From: Octopus vulgaris
Taxonomy: Eukaryota
DNA: 64,000 bases
Direction of reading: 5' to 3'
Assembly: GCA_951406725.2 (NCBI GenBank)
Contig: OX597825.1
Coordinates: forward strand, 30,318,001-30,382,000
Shown here one piece after another: positions 26,495 through 40,754 of the stretch. The stretch's first letter is position 1. Each line of letters starts with the position of its first letter. Made by a program: the position numbers and the translations under genes. The notes beneath the pieces were generated by a model. That model was not told where the DNA came from. It searched no databases and was given only the letters and a program-made list of their open reading frames with translations.

Positions 26495-27025
26495 GCTGAT
26501 GATGATGTTGAGGAGAAAGAGGAAGAGGAGAAATAAATGTATGAGGACTATGGTGATAAGGATGAAAATGGCGACGATGATGGATAATGATGATGATGAT
26601 GATGACAATAACAACAACGATGATGATGTAATGATGATAAGCATGATGATGATGATGATGATGATGATGACGATGTCGATGATGATGATGACGACGACGA
26701 CGACGATGATGATGATGATATAATGCTGATAAGCGTGATGATGATGATGATGATGATGATGACGATGATGACGATGGTGCGGATAATGGTAAGGATGACG
26801 ACAACAGCAACAGTGATGATGATGGTGATGAGGAGGAGGAGGAGAGAAAGAGGCAGAGAGGGAAGGGATGAACCCATCAAGCATCGACTTTCCATTAGAC
26901 TTTTAGTATTGGTAGTGTTGTTCAGTCAATGGTATCATTGGTTGTGGTGGTGGTGGCTGCAGCAGAGATGGTAGTGGCAGCAGTGGCGATGGCATGGGTG
27001 GTGGTGTAGGTGGTGGTGGTAGTGG
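26495..27025. repeat. (GAT/GAC/GGT)n trinucleotide low-complexity block
   Basis: Direct reading; source of the poly-H/M/S/D ORFs. Confidence 0.9.
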
Positions 27026-27419
27026 GAATGGGGAGATAAAGCAATGCACAAGGTAGAATGTGTACCCTGCAAGTGTGTGAGACGATGTCTTCATGCATCT
27101 ACAGAGAAAGAAAATGAAACCAGTTCCAAGAAAATGGAACCAGAAAATCTAATCAGAATCTCCATTCATGTGAATCACACTACGAAAGAAATTCAATAAA
27201 ACAAAAATCAATATTCTTGGATCAGTAAAGACAGAAATCCCCCAAAATTCCCTGAAAAGATTTGAATACAAAGTAAATTCCTCTCCCTTCCTCTCTCTCC
27301 TTTTCTTCTTTCACTCATTCTTCCTACCTCACATACTCTCTTTTCCCCAGCATCCTCACATCCTTCCTCTCTCTTTCACTCTCTGTCTGTTTGTCTGCCT
27401 TTCTCTCCCCCTCCCTCTC

Positions 27420-27559
27420 TCTACATATATATGTATATACATGCACATACACACATATATATACACTCACACACACACGCATATACACATACATATATAC
27501 ATATATATATCATATATCATATATATAGATATATGTGTGTGTGTATAAATGTATGTATG

Positions 27560-27599
<40 letters not shown>

Positions 27600-27875
27600 C
27601 ACACATACATACATATAAATGTATGTACATATATATATTTTATATATACATATATATATAAATGTATGTATATGTACATGTGTGTGTGTGTCTTATATGT
27701 TATATATATATAATATATATAAATATATATATGTATGTATGTGCTATAATATATATTATATATATTATATATATATATAATATATATAAATATATATATG
27801 TACGTGCTATAATATATATTATATATATATATATATATTGTGGGGGGGGGGTATGTATTTATATATTTATATGCT
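27420..27875. repeat. TA-rich microsatellite block
   Basis: Direct reading. Confidence 0.9.
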
Positions 27876-27949
27876 GATAGGAAATCTAATTTAAAATTAT
27901 CTCCAAATGATAACTTTCCTTACTAATCTTATTATAAACCTTCTCCTAG

Positions 27950-28850
27950 ACATATTGTCTCCTTGTTTATAGTCACCCTAATCTTAAGTACTTCCTCAGT
28001 GGAATGTCTAAAAAATCCAGCTATTGCACCTATCTTAAGAAGAAACCAGACTTTAATTATATTCTGTTTAATTATCTCTCAATCAATTGTCACTCTCATG
28101 AAGAAACTCTTTGAAATATTTGCACTCTGTTGTACTTTGCCATCTCATTGGTAATGTTTTGCACACCAATCTGCCGTCTTTGAGGCATTGAAAATACCAA
28201 AACATGGACCCAATACTGAGATGGAGATGTTCACTCAGTGCAGTGTTATTTATATGGAGGTCACTAAAGATCATATAAATATAAATAAATGCACCCTTTT
28301 AAAGCCTAGCCAGGCTCATGGGCCCAGTTTCCTGGTTTCTATGGGGTATGTGTTCCCCAGCTGGACAGGACGCCAGTCCATTGCAGTGTTACTCATTTTT
28401 GCCAGCTGAGTGCACTGGAGCAACATGAAATGAAGTGTTTTGCTCAAGAATACAACACTTTGCCCGGTCCAGGAATTGAAGCCATAATCTTATGATCATG
28501 ATGCTGGCACCCTAACCACTAAGTCACGTGCCACCACATGCTCCCTTTTTTAAAGCCTAGCCAGGCTCATGGGCCCAGTTTCCCGGTTTCTATGGCATAT
28601 GTGTTCCCCAGCTGGATGGGAAGCCAGTCCATTGCAGCGTTACTCATTTTTGCCAGCTAAGTGGACTGGAGCAACATGAAATGAAGTGTTTTGCTCAAGA
28701 ACACAACACGTCGCCCGGTCCAGGAATTGAAACCATAATTTTACGATCATGGTGCAGACACCCTAACCACTAAGCCACGAGCCTCCACACTAAAGATCAT
28801 TACTTAGTTAATATTGCTACAGGGTCTCTTTGCAGTGTTTGATATTGTAT
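27950..28850 (+). pseudogene. Very old L2/CR1-like RT remnant interrupted by the SINE dimer
   Basis: ILSTSSVECLKNPAIAPILRR..MKKLFEI..GPNTE resembles the pre-RT region of L2/CR1; weak. Confidence 0.3.
28275..28787 (-). mobile_element. Tandem dimer of a tRNA-head / CORE-like / V-like SINE (family D)
   Basis: Two ~250 bp units (28290-28537, 28540-28787); TSD cactaaagatcat at 28262-28274 and 28788-28800. Confidence 0.88.
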
Positions 28851-31849
28851 GTATCTGCTAATTTGATTTCTAGTAAGGGTTTTTGCAAAGTTCCCTTTTC
28901 TCAATGAACTGAGTGTGTTATGAACACACATTGCCTGAAAGGAAAAGTTGTTCTCCATAAACTATATACAACAGCAATTAGCATGTTTGTGTTCAAATCC
29001 GCTAGAATGTATGAAGAATGAATATATACGACATTGTTTTGATTTTCACCATTCTTCATGCTTGTAATAATTTTTTGTTGGTACGGCAGACATCAGGAAG
29101 CACCAGCAAATAAATTGTTCACTGACTTCTATAAACAAGAGCCAAAATTCTTGTTTAGATTCATTGATCTGGAAGTAAGTTTGACTGAAGAGACACAGCC
29201 TAGTCAACAGACTGTGGTGTCTCATTTGATTCTGAATGGATAGATAAGCTGTTCTCCACAGACAAAATACAATAATTAGCATATTCAGGTTAAAAATCTG
29301 TCAGAATGTATTAAGAACCAATATCTACATTATTGTTTTGGTTTTTGTGGTTCCCCAGGCACATGACAATTTATGATTTCTTTCAGTTTACTTCCAGAAA
29401 TTACATCCATCAATAATAATCATTGAAAACAGTATTTAGAACACTATAAATCCAAAACATATGCCACTCTACAACTAACCACCAGAAATCATTGACTACC
29501 TCAGTGTTTTAAAAAAGCCGAATTTATTTTTTAAATAAATTCCAAGTGTTAATATTGCTTTCAATTTTTGGCACAAAACTAGGAAGTTTAGGGGAGGACT
29601 GAGTCACTTAAATCGTCCCCAATGTTCAACTGATATTTATTTTATCAACCCAAAAATGATGAAAAGCAAAGCCAACTTTGATGGAATTTGAACTCTGAAT
29701 GTAAAGAAGGACAAAATGCTGCTAAATATTTTTCCCAAGCCTCTTTACAATTCTGTCAGCTCACTGCCTTTTCTGAGTATTAATATTAAGACTTATGAAA
29801 AAAATATACTGTTGTGTCTGGGGAGAGTCATTTTCATTTTTCTTTTTTTGTGTCTTATAATGTAACACACTCACTGGTAAAATTTCCGCTTATTTCTTAT
29901 TTTTATTTTCCTAAAATTTTCGTTGTGTCAGACACAACAGAATATGCTTCAACACACAAGCTCATATAAAGAATCTTGCAAACCAAATCCAAAAACGAAA
30001 AAAATATATACTTTGTAAAAATATACCATACTCTTAGCACTCTGGTTTATCTGTAAAATATTGTAAAAGAGTCCACTGAAATCTCACATGGTTTAGTAAA
30101 AAGAACAGTTGCTGGCTTCCTGTACAATATAAAAGTTTCATAATCGTCATCAATAACATCATTATAGAGGAGAGAATATTTGAACAGAAATCAAGTCAAA
30201 ACCATATTTATCGGTTTGAAAATTCCTTAGTACAATCATTAATCATCTAATGTTTGTACTGCAAGGAAGTTAGCATAACGATAGCATGAAATTTCAAATT
30301 CTCAACTAAATACATATAAATGCTATAACAGACATAAGAACAACAACCACAATAGTTAACAACAGCATGTAGCTGTTTTCATCTTGATAGACCATTCTTT
30401 CACTCAGAATGAGAAAGTTTTCTCAATAGACAATTCTTTACAAAAGACTGAAAATTTTGCCTAGACAAATCTATGTTGTATAATAATAGTTCTTTTGTGT
30501 TACTGTTATACCAAACATTTGATGCATGGATAAATTTCAAAGAAAGAAGCTTTAAAAGACTTCCCAGAAAAGTGTTAGGTGTTGTTTTGCCTTACATAAA
30601 AGGTAACATATTTTAAAAGGAAGGAAGGCTTATAAACAAGCAAAGAAGACAACTAACCATACAAACAGATAAGAAGTGAAAAATGTAGCCAAAGATTAGA
30701 AGTATTAAATGACATCTGAATTCATTTTGGTAGTTGTGTATGTAAGTGCGTATGTATGTATGTATGTATGTATGTATGTATGTATGTATGAATATATATA
30801 TATATATATATATATATGAATGTATGTCTGTGTGTGCATGAGGTGTGTGTCTGTGTATATACATATATTTGTATGAATACATACATATGTGTGTTTGTGT
30901 GTGTTAATGTTTGTTTTTATGTTAACTTATTATAAGAGCAATTTTACATTATAGTCAAGAAATTCTCAATGCATTTTTGTTGAATACATATTATTCTTTT
31001 ACAAGAATAGCATTGACAGTAATTTTGAAGTTTTGGTTTGCTTAGTCTTCATCAATCTATGGTACATTTGGGTTTGTCTTGGCTTTATATAGTCTCTATG
31101 CTGACACACCCAAATAAACACACCTGATTGCAAAGTTTTACATTGATAACTGAATCCTGAACAATAACACAACTCCAACTTTAATTTATAAAAGCCTTTT
31201 TTTGTATCTTTTCATCAGGAAAAAAGAAATGTTACCAGAGACTATATAAAACCAAGACAAACACAAAGATGCTATAGTCTGATGAAGGCTGAGCAGAAGA
31301 AAACTTTGAAGCCTCCAAAAGATAACGATGTCATCATTATTCTTGTAAAAATATATCATCATCATCACCAATCATCATCGTCGTCGTTGTCGCCGTCGTT
31401 GTCGCCGTCGTCGTCGTCGTCATCATCATCATCCTCATTTAACATCTGCTTTCCATGCATAGTTTGACTGAGTCTGACAAAGCCACAGAGAGTTGTGTTG
31501 GACTTCGGTTTTAGCTGTGACATGTTTTAGTTGGCTAGATGCCCTTCCTAATGCCAGCCACTTTAAAGTGTGTGAAGTAAACACAGTGATGTCACTTGGT
31601 GCACTGTCTCATGAAGGTCACTGCTTGCTCTCACTGTACAGGCAACCATGTGCTGCCATCTGTTAGCACATTACGGAACTAGTCCAACAACTTTTTGATA
31701 CCACCTTGTATGTATTGATAACACCTAGAAGAAAGTGCTTCTCTACTTCTCAGCAAAGTGAATGCAGCTATGGCCAAGACAAACTGATGTCATCAGATGG
31801 TATTCAGTAATCATGTGTGTATGTATGTATTCATACTTACATATATAAG

Positions 31850-31877
31850 TGTGTGTGTGTGCGAGAGAGAGAGAGAG

Positions 31878-31957
<80 letters not shown>

Positions 31958-31965
31958 CATGTGTG
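31850..31965. repeat. (GA)n(GT)n microsatellite
   Basis: Direct reading. Confidence 0.95.
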
Positions 31966-32121
31966 TTGAAACATTAGGTTCTCTTAGTGACTACAAATAA
32001 TAATAATCTGTAGCAATATTGCCAACCACTTTAGCTATTAAGACTGGTATTTCTGAAGGATGAGGATAGTTCCATATCTCTTAATATTGTTTAATCTAAA
32101 TGCTAAGGAGAAGTTTTTGAA

Positions 32122-33375
32122 TTTATTGTCGTTGTTACTGAAGTGTAGTAGCAGATCATTTTTCTTTTCTTACATTAACGTATCTGGTGCATTTATTTAA
32201 GGTATTATTCTCTGTTAGACTGACTCTACCATGAATAAAAATTACCATGTCTTGCCAATGTTGACGGCAAGTAATTATTATCATTTTCATCGTTGGTTTC
32301 ATCTGCAAGTTGATGTTTGCTTCAGATGTTTTTTGAAAACAGTTCCTGTTATTAACTAGTCTTGGCTTCTATGACTTTTGAATGTAATAAATTGTAATAA
32401 ATTGTAATAAATGCTTCACTCTGTTCTCACTTGAAATAAAGATCATATTGCTTGCAAGTTTATCCCAGCACATATCTATTGTTGTATCAACATCTTCCGG
32501 TTGCAATCATTCATGTAGTATAATTATGTTATTTGGTTATTGGTTACAGTCCATTTGGTTTGAAGAAGTTGGGTGGGTGTCAGAATGGAATGGTACTAGT
32601 GAATGAATAATTCACATCTCTAGTATCTGATTCTAGTACAATATGATTCCATACTGTCACTTTAATGGCCCTTGTTCCTCAGAACTAGTTGATCTAGTAT
32701 CACTTCCACTCAGGCCCACCCTGGCACAACCATCTTTTCTCCTTTCCTCACCCTGGTTCTGCCCAACCCTCAAGCTACACACTAAGCACTATAGCCAATT
32801 CTTCCACCTAAAGACATTCTCTAGAATTTCTTTGTTCATACATTTTTGTGAACATCAACTCACAATCGTATAAGAAGAATATTAACAGTATTGACCTTGC
32901 AGTTTTAGAGGGTCTATAATGGTTGTGGGCAGTACCCCTTTCTTTAATCGGGTGAGGTCATTGCCAGTGCCGCTGGACTGGTTCCTGTGCAGGTGGCACA
33001 TAAAAAAACACCATTTGAGCATAGCTGTTGTCAGTACCGCCTGACTGGCCCTCGTGTCGGTGGCACGTAAAAGCACCCATTACACTCTCGGAGTGGTTGG
33101 CATTAGGAAGGGTGTCCAGCTGTAGAAACTCTACCAGATAAGATTGGAGTCCGGTGCAGCCATCTGGCTCACCAGACCTCGGTCAAATCATCCAACCCAT
33201 GCTAGCATGGAAAGCAGATGTTAAACAATGATGATGATGATGATAGGCAACCTGCAGTTCATGAGGCTTTTTGTCATTGTTATAGAAGTGTAGTAGATCA
33301 TTTTTCTTTTCTTACATTAATGTATTTGGTGCATTTATTTAAGGTATTATTCTCTGTTAGACTGACTCTACCATG
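32122..33375. repeat. ~105 bp direct repeat pair (32122-32233, 33268-33375) in a probable decayed hAT remnant
   Basis: gaagtgtagtag..atcatttttcttttcttacattaa..ttagactgactctaccatg occurs twice; hAT assignment is weak. Confidence 0.65.
32935..33244 (+). mobile_element. RTE-LINE 3' tail with (GAT)n end
   Basis: Matches 56050-56410. Confidence 0.8.
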
Positions 33376-36182
33376 TCTAAAGGAAAAATGACCTTCAGTT
33401 TTTTTTTAATAGTGTAGCTTACCTGATAATGAGCTGTGTCTTGCCATCTTCTTGAAAAGGGTTACCTATGCCTATTTTAGATCCAGCAAGGGAAAAAATA
33501 GTTTTACTCCTTCGATACACTATGTAAAGCATTATTCAATTTATCATGATCCACTGACTTGAACACTTGCCTAGTTATCTGCCCTTGAAATCCAACTTCT
33601 TTTATCAGTTGTTTCAACGCCAAATTTCCTTAACTTAATACTGAAATATATCAAAATCATGTTTAACCTCTTCATACACTTCCATCTTCGATTTTCATAC
33701 AATTCCTAATAAACTCAAAATATGTATCTCAGTTCATAGATCCATGCAAAATAGTTTTGGGATTTATGTTTGTCATTTTAACCTATTATCATCAGCCTTA
33801 CAATGAAATCTCATATCATACATATTTCATTCATTTCATGGCAGTAGCACTTTTATAGAATACATGTATGGATGTTACAACTTCTATTTTCCTTTTACTT
33901 AAAAACCTCCCTTTAAAAATCTATAAAAATATGTCTATTTGGAGAAGACAAGAAAACACAGTTGGTGCCTATGCTGCATAAGACACGATGGCAATGTTAT
34001 TAAGCAGAACCAAAAGTTTTCGGAAATACACTGCAGTAAATTTAGACTATGAATCATCCAACGGAGGGAAAATAAAATCAAAGAATAAATCTGTAAAATT
34101 TGGCAATGTACATCATGGAATTTTGAATCAAACAAATTAGCTAAAAGAACCAACTAATTGCTTTCAATTTCACAATTTAGCTTAGCCTATTGTTGTGCTA
34201 AGAAGTGCTGTACTGTTTATACTAATTAGACAACAATAATCAATCTCACCTCATCCATCTTAATCATATTGATTTTTGTTCTTTAGCAAGTCCACAACAA
34301 CAGGTCTTCTATACTCTTCAGACATTTTCCTTAACTTTGATTTATGAATTTTAACCTTCGTTCAGATTCTGAGATCGGATGGAGATCAATTTTGTTCAAG
34401 CATAATAGAATGGTAGTAAGGTCATTTCAAGTTGGGTCTGCAACAGAAGTTCTATTTCCATCTTAATCTTCAACTTCATTGCTCATACTGGTTATTTTAC
34501 ACAACGCTTTAAAAGAATATAACTCCTTTAAAGGATTGTACTCTCCCAGCCCAACTTGTATGCAAAGAAAATGGATCTTTCTCTGCTTTGACTATATGGA
34601 TTCAACTATTTGGTCATCTGAACTACCTGCTCATTGGGCAGGAATATAAGCAGGTGAGTTTTCTACTGACGTGAGTACTTATAATGCAGCCCTCAGGTAG
34701 AATCAGCATAATACAGTGTGTGAGAAGTTTGAATCATTGAAGAAGCCAGCTGACGTTGTTGGTTTTTTTACATCTTTATAACATAACAGTTTGTCCAGAT
34801 GTCCAGATATTGTAGGATGACACATTTTTGTCAGCTCAGTGGATTGGAGCAAAGGAAATGAAGTGTTTTGCTCAAGAACACAACATCTCTCCTTGTTCAG
34901 GAATCGAAAAGACAATCTTACAGCCATGAGTCCAACACTCCTAACCAGCAAGCCACATGCTTTCATATTTCTCTACAGAAGGCTGGAATCCTATCCAGAG
35001 GGAGACTTTTTTCCGTCCACTTCACTCAACTGAAACTAGAGGTAACCAGTGGCCTGACAGAGAGTGGGGGTTTGTAAAAGAACAACAAAATAGGGTATAC
35101 ATACTTTTAGAAAGAAGCTGTACTATGTACTATTCATTTTTTCATGAATAATAATTATATAGAAGGCATGAATTGAACAGATGTCATTTTATTTATATTT
35201 CTTATATTTTATTTCATTACAGGTATTTGTAATTTACGTAAATATAACATTTTAAAATAAATGGTTATGTGTTCAAAATAGGAATTTACAATTATTGTAT
35301 GTACATTACATTAACTTAGAGCATAAGCAAAAAAAAAAAATGTTTTTGTCAATTTCAACAACATAACATATGCTATTATAGTGACATAACATTATCGCAG
35401 AATCTGATGTATTGAAAAATAGTCAACTAGATAAAGGTATTAAATTAAAATACGTTTTTTCAAAAAATATTATTACAAATTAGCTTTAGTAATATCTATG
35501 AGGAATTTCCTGATTAAATAGCTTAAGTGTAATGTACTATTGTGTAAAAGATTAAGATGCGAAATGATTAATGCAAAGTAGATATGAAATATAAATTTCA
35601 GTAAAGTTATAAAAACTAAATTAAATAATTATTCAACTGAATTAAGACAAAGTGGTTTTTTTATCAGAAAATAAATTGACAAAAGGTGAAATTATGGCTC
35701 TGTGGTGAAGATGCTTGCTTTGCAGCCTAAAATTTGGGGTTCAGTCCTGCTGCATAGTACCTCCAACAAGTATCACCTACTGTGGTTCTGGTCCGACCAA
35801 TGAGTAGATTTGGTAAATGGAAATTTCATGGGAGAGTGTGTCCTATATGTGTGTTTTAATAATTGTGCTTATTGCATCCTCGCTTGTTAACTGTGTTGGT
35901 TTGTTTGCATCCCTGTAACGGAGCAGTTTGGCAAAAGAGAATGATAGAAGAATCACCAGGCTAGAAAATAAGTACTGGGGTCGATTTGTTTGACTAAACC
36001 CTTCAGACAAAAGAGGTAAAATATAAAACTTAAAACACCGAATATATATAACACAAACAGCTTAGACAGTTTGACCAACTTCTAAGGGTTATGACTAATT
36101 CTGGTTGCTGAATATAGTTTTTGAAATGTAGATGTGAAATCAGTAAAACTGTATTATTTGGAATGTATGAACGCTTTAGGTG

Positions 36183-36521
36183 ACAGTGTGTTCAGCACAC
36201 TTATCTTTTTGGTGCACAGCATTCTGGGATACCAGCGTTTCAACATGCGCCACAGCTAGAAGTAGCTAGAACTTTGAGACTAGCCAAAGCAGCTGGTTTT
36301 GTTTGTTTTCAGCAAACAGCATTGGTTGCTGATCAGTGATTATATCTGCCAACTAAAAGCAAAACGTTGTTTGCACAATCTACAGTGAGATCAGGACTAA
36401 ATATTTGTATATCTATCCTTAACAGTTTTTGGCAGGTTCTGGCTGATGAGACTCAACATGTTGGAACACCAGTGTCTCAGAATGCCTTGTGCCAAAGAGA
36501 TGACTGTGTTGAAAACACAGT
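36183..36521 (+). mobile_element. Inverted-repeat PLE-like element
   Basis: ~65 bp imperfect arms at 36183-36247 and 36457-36521. Confidence 0.7.
36438..36481 (+). ncRNA. Type I hammerhead ribozyme with one core substitution
   Basis: tctgg-CTGATGA-gactcaacatgtt-GgAA-CACcaGTG-TC-tcaga; the inverted arm preserves GAAA and ccaga. Confidence 0.7.
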
Positions 36522-37097
36522 TATTGTAACAGGGAGAAGATATTCTCCTCAGAAATACACTACAATGTCCAGCATATTTTGTGTCTGAACCTCTCTAGGC
36601 ATATTAAAAATAAACATGTAAATGTTTGTTCTTGATCAGGCAGCATTTCATCCGTCTTTATGTTCTACATTCAAGTTCTGCTAAGGTCAACCTTGCCTTT
36701 CATCTTTCAAGGTTGTTAAAATAAAAACTGATTGAGTACCATGGTTGATGTAATCAACTACCCCACCCATCAAAAATTGTTGAACCTGTGCCAAAACTTG
36801 AAACCCTTATTTCGTAGTTCCTTCAAAATTTTTGGTTGTGTGGTGACAAACTTTGATTCACAACTACACAATATGGGCTTCAAACTCATTGCAAGACACT
36901 GGGACCATTACACATGTTTCGTTCATTAATATGAATTACAGAGCTTTACATAATAGACAGGCATGTAAGGAATTTCCTATTAGAAATTCTTTAGATAGAA
37001 AATTAAATAATAAAAATTTTACATTTGAATGAAGAGTTTATATTTATTTAGTAATCAGGACTAGTATAGATAGTTAGGGTGAAGGAAGAAAGACCAG

Positions 37098-37161
37098 ATT
37101 AAATGTTACAGAAAATGTGTGTGTATCTATATATATGTACACGTTTTCTGTAACATTTAAT
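37098..37161. repeat. 23 bp-arm hairpin
   Basis: attaaatgttacagaaaatgtgt / acacgttttctgtaacatttaat. Confidence 0.8.
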
Positions 37162-37834
37162 TTGCTAAAATAGTATACATACTTATATCTATATTTCTTA
37201 TTGTGTGTATTTATATTTTTGTTTTTTAACCCACAAACCTTTAGACTCTCAAATAAGAGTGGCTAAGGATGTATAGTTACATTTACTTTTATATTTGAAA
37301 GAAGAAATATGAATATGGTACCTTAATTTAAATTTCATAAATGTGGCACCTATATATTGGCATGTTTTTTGTATCTTTTACTTGCTTCAGTCATTAGACT
37401 GTGGCTATACTGGGGCACCACCTTGGAGAATTTCTTAAGTCAAATGAATCGACCCCAGTACTTTTTGTAAGCCTGGCACTTACAAGCCATTGATCAGCTA
37501 CTGGCTATAGTGGAAGATACTTGCCCAAGGTGCCATGGAGTGGGATTGAATCCAGAACCAAGTGATTGGATATAAGCTTCTCTGTATGGACAGAGAGTTT
37601 ATAGATTATGTTTTCTAGAAGACATTATTTAATGGACAAGACGTTTTTATTCGACAATTACATAATTTGATTGAATTTGGTCTTATGATATTATCGTCGT
37701 TGAAATTATTGTTATATGATACATTTTCAATGTGATTTTTATGATAACATAGCTAAGACAATTGTCGTTATAATTATCATGATGGTTGTCATGGTTGGTA
37801 TGATTGTAACCACCACCACTACCACTATTACCAA

Positions 37835-37875
<41 letters not shown>

Positions 37876-38249
37876 CATGGTAGTTGGAAAAGGATGTGTG
37901 GCATTCGATCATATAATAATATACATAATATATAAATATATGCATATATACATACATATATTTACATACCTATGTATATATACATGCATATATGGGTACA
38001 AGACATCAAAAAACATTGAACACGATGAGAAACGAAAACATAAAAGCAAAAACAGAAAACGACTTTTTTGAACAACAAAAAACAGAGAAAAGAGACATGC
38101 AACATGAATAATACTTCCCTTCCTCAGTTGTCCCTGTTTCATCTACTCCATGTTTTGAAGGTATATATATTTGTTTGCATGTGTGCATATGTGTATATGT
38201 GTAGGCATGTATGTATATGTACATATGTATATTTGGATATATACATATA

Positions 38250-38645
38250 CTAGCAGTATCGCCCGGCGTTGCTCGGGTTTGTAAGGGAAATAACTATATA
38301 AGCATTTATAGAGAGTTACTTCCCTTATATAAACTGAGCGAAAATGCATTAAAAATGCGGAAAAATTATGGTAATTTTTTTTAAAATCGTAGACTCATCG
38401 CAGACGCGAATTACTTCCCTTATATAATAGCAAAAAAAAATGCATTAAAAATGGGAAAAAATGATGGTAAATTTTTTTTTAAATCGTAGACTCATCGTAG
38501 ACGTGCGCTAATGACCAGAAGGGCTCGATATGAATCACGACTATAAGATACCCGCTTTTGGTTAAACTGCACTGCAAAATGTAGGAGTAGTTAGTAATCT
38601 AAATCGTAGGAGACAGCCACATAACTTCACTTTTATATATAAAGA
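38250..38645 (-). mobile_element. Non-autonomous Helitron, same family as 5749-6139
   Basis: CTAG end with hairpin, TC start, internal tandem module. Confidence 0.8.
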
Positions 38646-38723
38646 TATGTATGGTAAGTGTATATATATATATACATAGATATATATTTCTGTGTGTGTG
38701 TGTGAGGTATGTATGTATGTGTG

Positions 38724-38784
<61 letters not shown>

Positions 38785-38799
38785 ATGTATATGTACATA

Positions 38800-39181
38800 A
38801 ACAGGCAGAGTGGTTGAGTTCCATTCAAGCATTGGGCTTCCCAGAGGCAAAGCGTCTGAGTTCCTTTCAAGTGTTGGGCCTCATGGAAGCAATGACCAAG
38901 ACCTTTGGCATTGTTGCATTTGAGAAAGTAGACCCATCAACCTGAGCAAAATCACAGTTGTTTGCAGATACTGGTCTCACGCAAATTACCACACGTGCTA
39001 GTGGTATGTAATGACACCCTGGTGTCAAGCAAATGGCACCTGTACCGATGGCATGTAAAAGCACCTATTACATCCAGCCATAGAAAACCACGCCAAATTA
39101 GACTTCCAGCAAGCCAGCCTGGTCTAACCGGCTAACCCATGCCAGCATGGACAACAAATGTTAAATGATGATGATGATGAT
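38800..39181 (+). mobile_element. RTE-LINE 3' end with (GAT)n tail
   Basis: gggcctcatggaagcaatgacc..gacctttggc..cccatgccagcatgg..(gat)n. Confidence 0.7.
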
Positions 39182-39224
39182 ACATACATACATACACACA
39201 TATATATATATATACATATAAAGA

Positions 39225-39457
39225 AGGTGGTGAGCTGGCAGAAATGTTAGCACGCCGGGCGAAATGCATAGCCATATTTCGTCTGCTGTTACATTCTGAG
39301 TTCAAATTCCGCCAAAGTCGACTTTGCCTTTCATCCTTTCAGGGTCGATAAATTAAGTACCAGTTACACACTGGGGTCGATGTATTCGACTTAATCCGTT
39401 TGTCTGTCCTTTGTTTGTGCCCTCTGTGTATAGACCCTTGTGGGTAGTAAAGAAATA
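39225..39457 (+). mobile_element. SINE family B, full length
   Basis: ggtggtgagctggcagaa...gagttcaaattcc...ccttgtgggtagtaaagaaat. Confidence 0.85.
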
Positions 39458-40643
39458 GATATAAATATATAGACATAAATGCACACATATACACATAATA
39501 ATGACTATGTGTGTGCATATACGTGATTGCATGTTTGTGTGTCTATGTCTTGTTTCTAAGCCTGTCTTCATTTTGAGACACTTTAAAAAAAACTTATGGT
39601 TCACCAAAACCTTTCAGGATGGTGTCCCAGCATGGTCATAGTTTTCTTAGAGAAAGTTGAAGTAAAATAGCGAAAGACTAAAGAAAAGAATCTTGAAGAA
39701 TATATTCATGCAAAAAGAGAAGAAAAAAGAAGACTGGATAAAGGTTATAAGTTAAAAAAAAAGCTATGGTTTATTAATTGCATATAAGGTTAGTCAACTT
39801 TCAAATTAATAGGTAGGATGCAGTTAAGAACCTCAGGGAATACGAAATAACAGAGAATAGAAGTCTAACTAGTTCATGTATAATCATCTTCTATTGTAAA
39901 AGTGTAACTAGAAAGAAGTAATTATCAGAAAATAAAATATTAAACAAGAGAAACCATATAAAAGTTTTCAGAGGTATAAGCTGTTTGAACTAGGATTCGT
40001 CTTGTAAGAAGAGGGAAAAAAATAATGTTATCAGAAAATGATATGAAATATTTATTCCGTTTTGTATTTTTTTTTTACTCTGAGATGACTGAAGGCATAC
40101 ATACATATATACATACATACATACATACATACATACATACATACATACATACATACATACATACATACAAACAGATAGTACATAAATATGTATGTATATA
40201 CATATATATGTGTGTGTGTGTGTGTGTGCATAGAAATACGCATATGAGTGTGCATGTGTATTTATATACATATCATATGTAGGAATATATGCGTATATAT
40301 TTATTCATGTTTGCATATATGTAAGGATATATATGTGTGTGTGTGTATGAATGTATGTTTGTATTTATATATTTATATGTATATGAGTCTCTGTATATAT
40401 ATATGTATGTATGTATGAATGTATGTATGTATGTACATATGTATGTATGTTTGTATTTATGTATGTACCTTTTTTCTTTTCATACCCAAATTTCTTTTTT
40501 AATTTTTTTTTTCCAACTTAGTTATCTCTAAACAGTTTCTTAAATAAGTGAGTTCACTTCACTCATGTCTATTCTCTCTAGAATTTACCAATTGATCAAA
40601 CTTAATAGAACATTAGATTATGTACACACATGTGCACATGCAT

Positions 40644-40684
<41 letters not shown>

Positions 40685-40718
40685 TGCACATATGTGTATG
40701 TGTGTATATATATATATG

Positions 40719-40754
<36 letters not shown>

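Noticed and set aside
28860-29290. hAT/BED-finger transposase remnant
   Set aside because: Only faint motif resemblance (FVCGEQL); too decayed to support.
32574-32720. Inverted repeat with CTGAGGA on the minus strand
   Set aside because: A ~30 bp imperfect inverted repeat is visible, but stems I and II do not pair and GAAA is absent.
34550-34660. Host exon ending in cag|gtgagt
   Set aside because: Good donor site, but no convincing acceptor or recognisable protein; needs RNA-seq.
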